NCBI GenBank assembly: GCA_902625415.1
Contig: CACOBG010000002.1
Coordinates: 21,783-85,782, forward strand
DNA: 64,000 nucleotides
Direction of reading: 5' to 3'
Source of the DNA: an uncultured SAR86 cluster bacterium
GTDB lineage: Bacteria > Pseudomonadota > Gammaproteobacteria > Magnimaribacterales > AG-339-G14
Shown here: in pieces, positions 62,767 through 64,000 of the stretch
Position numbering within the stretch: the stretch's first letter is position 1
Layout of the letters: every line of letters begins with the position of its first letter
The notes under the pieces: model-generated
What the model was told of the DNA's origin: nothing
Database searches by the model: none
The model's input: the letters and a program-made list of their open reading frames with translations, nothing else
Program-made: the position numbers and the translations under genes

Positions 62767-64000
62767 ATGCTCAAAAAGTCTCTTTACACACTTATTGCAA
62801 TTGTATTTATCGGGATTATTGCCTGGGAATACAAAGTAAATATCTTAATTTGGTCTATACCGAAAGTAGCCGCTATCTTTATGCCGGTTCAAGAAAATAT
62901 TCCTACTTCTTGGTCAGCGGGTCCAGAAGCTGCGAGTGAAGATGAAAGACCAAACATCATTTTAATTTTGGCAGATGATATGGGTTACAACGATATTTCC
63001 ATGCATAACGGTGGGGCGGCAGATGGTTCCTTAAAGACCGTCCATATAGATTCTCTAGCAGAAAGCGGAATTTTGTTTTCTCGAGGTTACGCAGCCAATG
63101 CGACTTGCGCACCTTCAAGAGCATCTATCATGACTGGAAAATATCCAACGAGATTTGGTTACGAATTTACCCCAGTACCTGAAACCGGACGATTGATCAT
63201 GTCTTGGCTTGCTGAAGAAGATGATGCAGTACTCAAAGCAAGAATCGATAACGAAGTTGCAAGAAATCTTCCTCCTTTTTGGGAGCAAGGCATGCCTAAC
63301 GAGCAAATTACCATTGCTGAAGTATTAAGCGATGCTGGGTATTACACAGCTCATATCGGGAAGTGGCATCTCGGTCATGGCAATGGTATGGATCCATTGA
63401 GTCAAGGATTTGAAGATTCTTTGTCTCTAGTTGGTCCACTTTATGCTCCGGAGGATGATCCAGAAATAGTTAATGCCAAGTTTGATACTAGAATTGATCG
63501 AATGATTTGGGGAATCGGTCAGTATTCTGCTCGATTTAATGAAGGCAAGTTATTTGCTCCAGATAAATATGTCACTGATTATTACACCGATGAAGCATTA
63601 AAAGTTATTGAAAAAAATAAAAACAGACCTTTTTTCCTCTACTTAAGCCATTGGGCAGTGCACAACCCTCTGCAGGCATTAAGAAGTGATGTCGAACAAA
63701 TGAGTCATATGTCTGGTCACAATCTCCAAGTTTATTCTGGAATGATTGCAGCGCTCGATAGAAGTGTCGGAAAAGTTGTTGCAAAACTTAAAGAACTAGA
63801 AATATATGGAAAAACTTTGATCATTTTTACCAGTGATAACGGTGGGGCAAATTACATTGAATTGGACGAGATTAATAAGCCCTATAGAGGATGGAAAATT
63901 AGTTTTTTTGAAGGCGGAATAAGGGTTCCATATATTGTCAGCTGGCCAAATGAGATTAAGTCAGGACAGAAATCAAATAGTGCTGTGCATCATTTTGATA
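62767..64000 (+). CDS. Cys-type (formylglycine-dependent) sulfatase, runs off window end
   Basis: Not in ORF track. Manual translation: N-terminal hydrophobic anchor, RPNIILILADDMG, TCAPSRASIMTG (CxPxR), GKWHLG, FTSDNGG. Confidence 0.92.
   Translation, partial: MLKKSLYTLIAIVFIGIIAWEYKVNILIWSIPKVAAIFMPVQENIPTSWSAGPEAASEDERPNIILILADDMGYNDISMHNGGAADGSLKTVHIDSLAESGILFSRGYAANATCAPSRASIMTGKYPTRFGYEFTPVPETGRLIMSWLAEEDDAVLKARIDNEVARNLPPFWEQGMPNEQITIAEVLSDAGYYTAHIGKWHLGHGNGMDPLSQGFEDSLSLVGPLYAPEDDPEIVNAKFDTRIDRMIWGIGQYSARFNEGKLFAPDKYVTDYYTDEALKVIEKNKNRPFFLYLSHWAVHNPLQALRSDVEQMSHMSGHNLQVYSGMIAALDRSVGKVVAKLKELEIYGKTLIIFTSDNGGANYIELDEINKPYRGWKISFFEGGIRVPYIVSWPNEIKSGQKSNSAVHHFD

Overview
Core-chromosome segment of a low-GC, strongly streamlined gammaproteobacterium. 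Gene order is Pseudomonadales/Oceanospirillales-like and most intergenic gaps are 0-70 bp. A SAR86-like marine lineage is my inference, not proven. The window holds about 62 CDS and one tRNA-Ile(GAT): metK, tkt-pgk-fba, ubiE-ubiB-hisE-tatABC, orn-miaB-phoH-ybeY-corC, oxyR/katG, coaD, tolC-mutM, thiC-prx-parE-parC, argD, ACAD/thioesterase, PPi-PFK, mpl, dedA-carotenoid oxygenase, proA-nadD-rsfS-mrdA-rodA-mltB-dacA-dat, dsbD(N)-aroQ-accBC-leuS-lptE-holA, yejF-ilvD-trxA-rho, rsmD, flavin reductase-DUF5916, bamD/rluD, ilvIHC, an SDR and a partial sulfatase. I see no mobile element, prophage, CRISPR array or defence locus, and no unambiguous novel multi-gene system. The most notable signals are: (1) -10 hexamers placed 6-7 nt before start codons with no Shine-Dalgarno, suggesting widespread leaderless mRNAs; (2) all 11 convergent junctions abutting or overlapping with no terminators; (3) a dedA-coupled carotenoid cleavage oxygenase, a candidate pigment-scavenging route to retinal; (4) a stand-alone DsbD alpha domain; (5) an rrn-unlinked tRNA-Ile with an A53:U61 pair; (6) an oxyR-katG cassette where lnt is expected.
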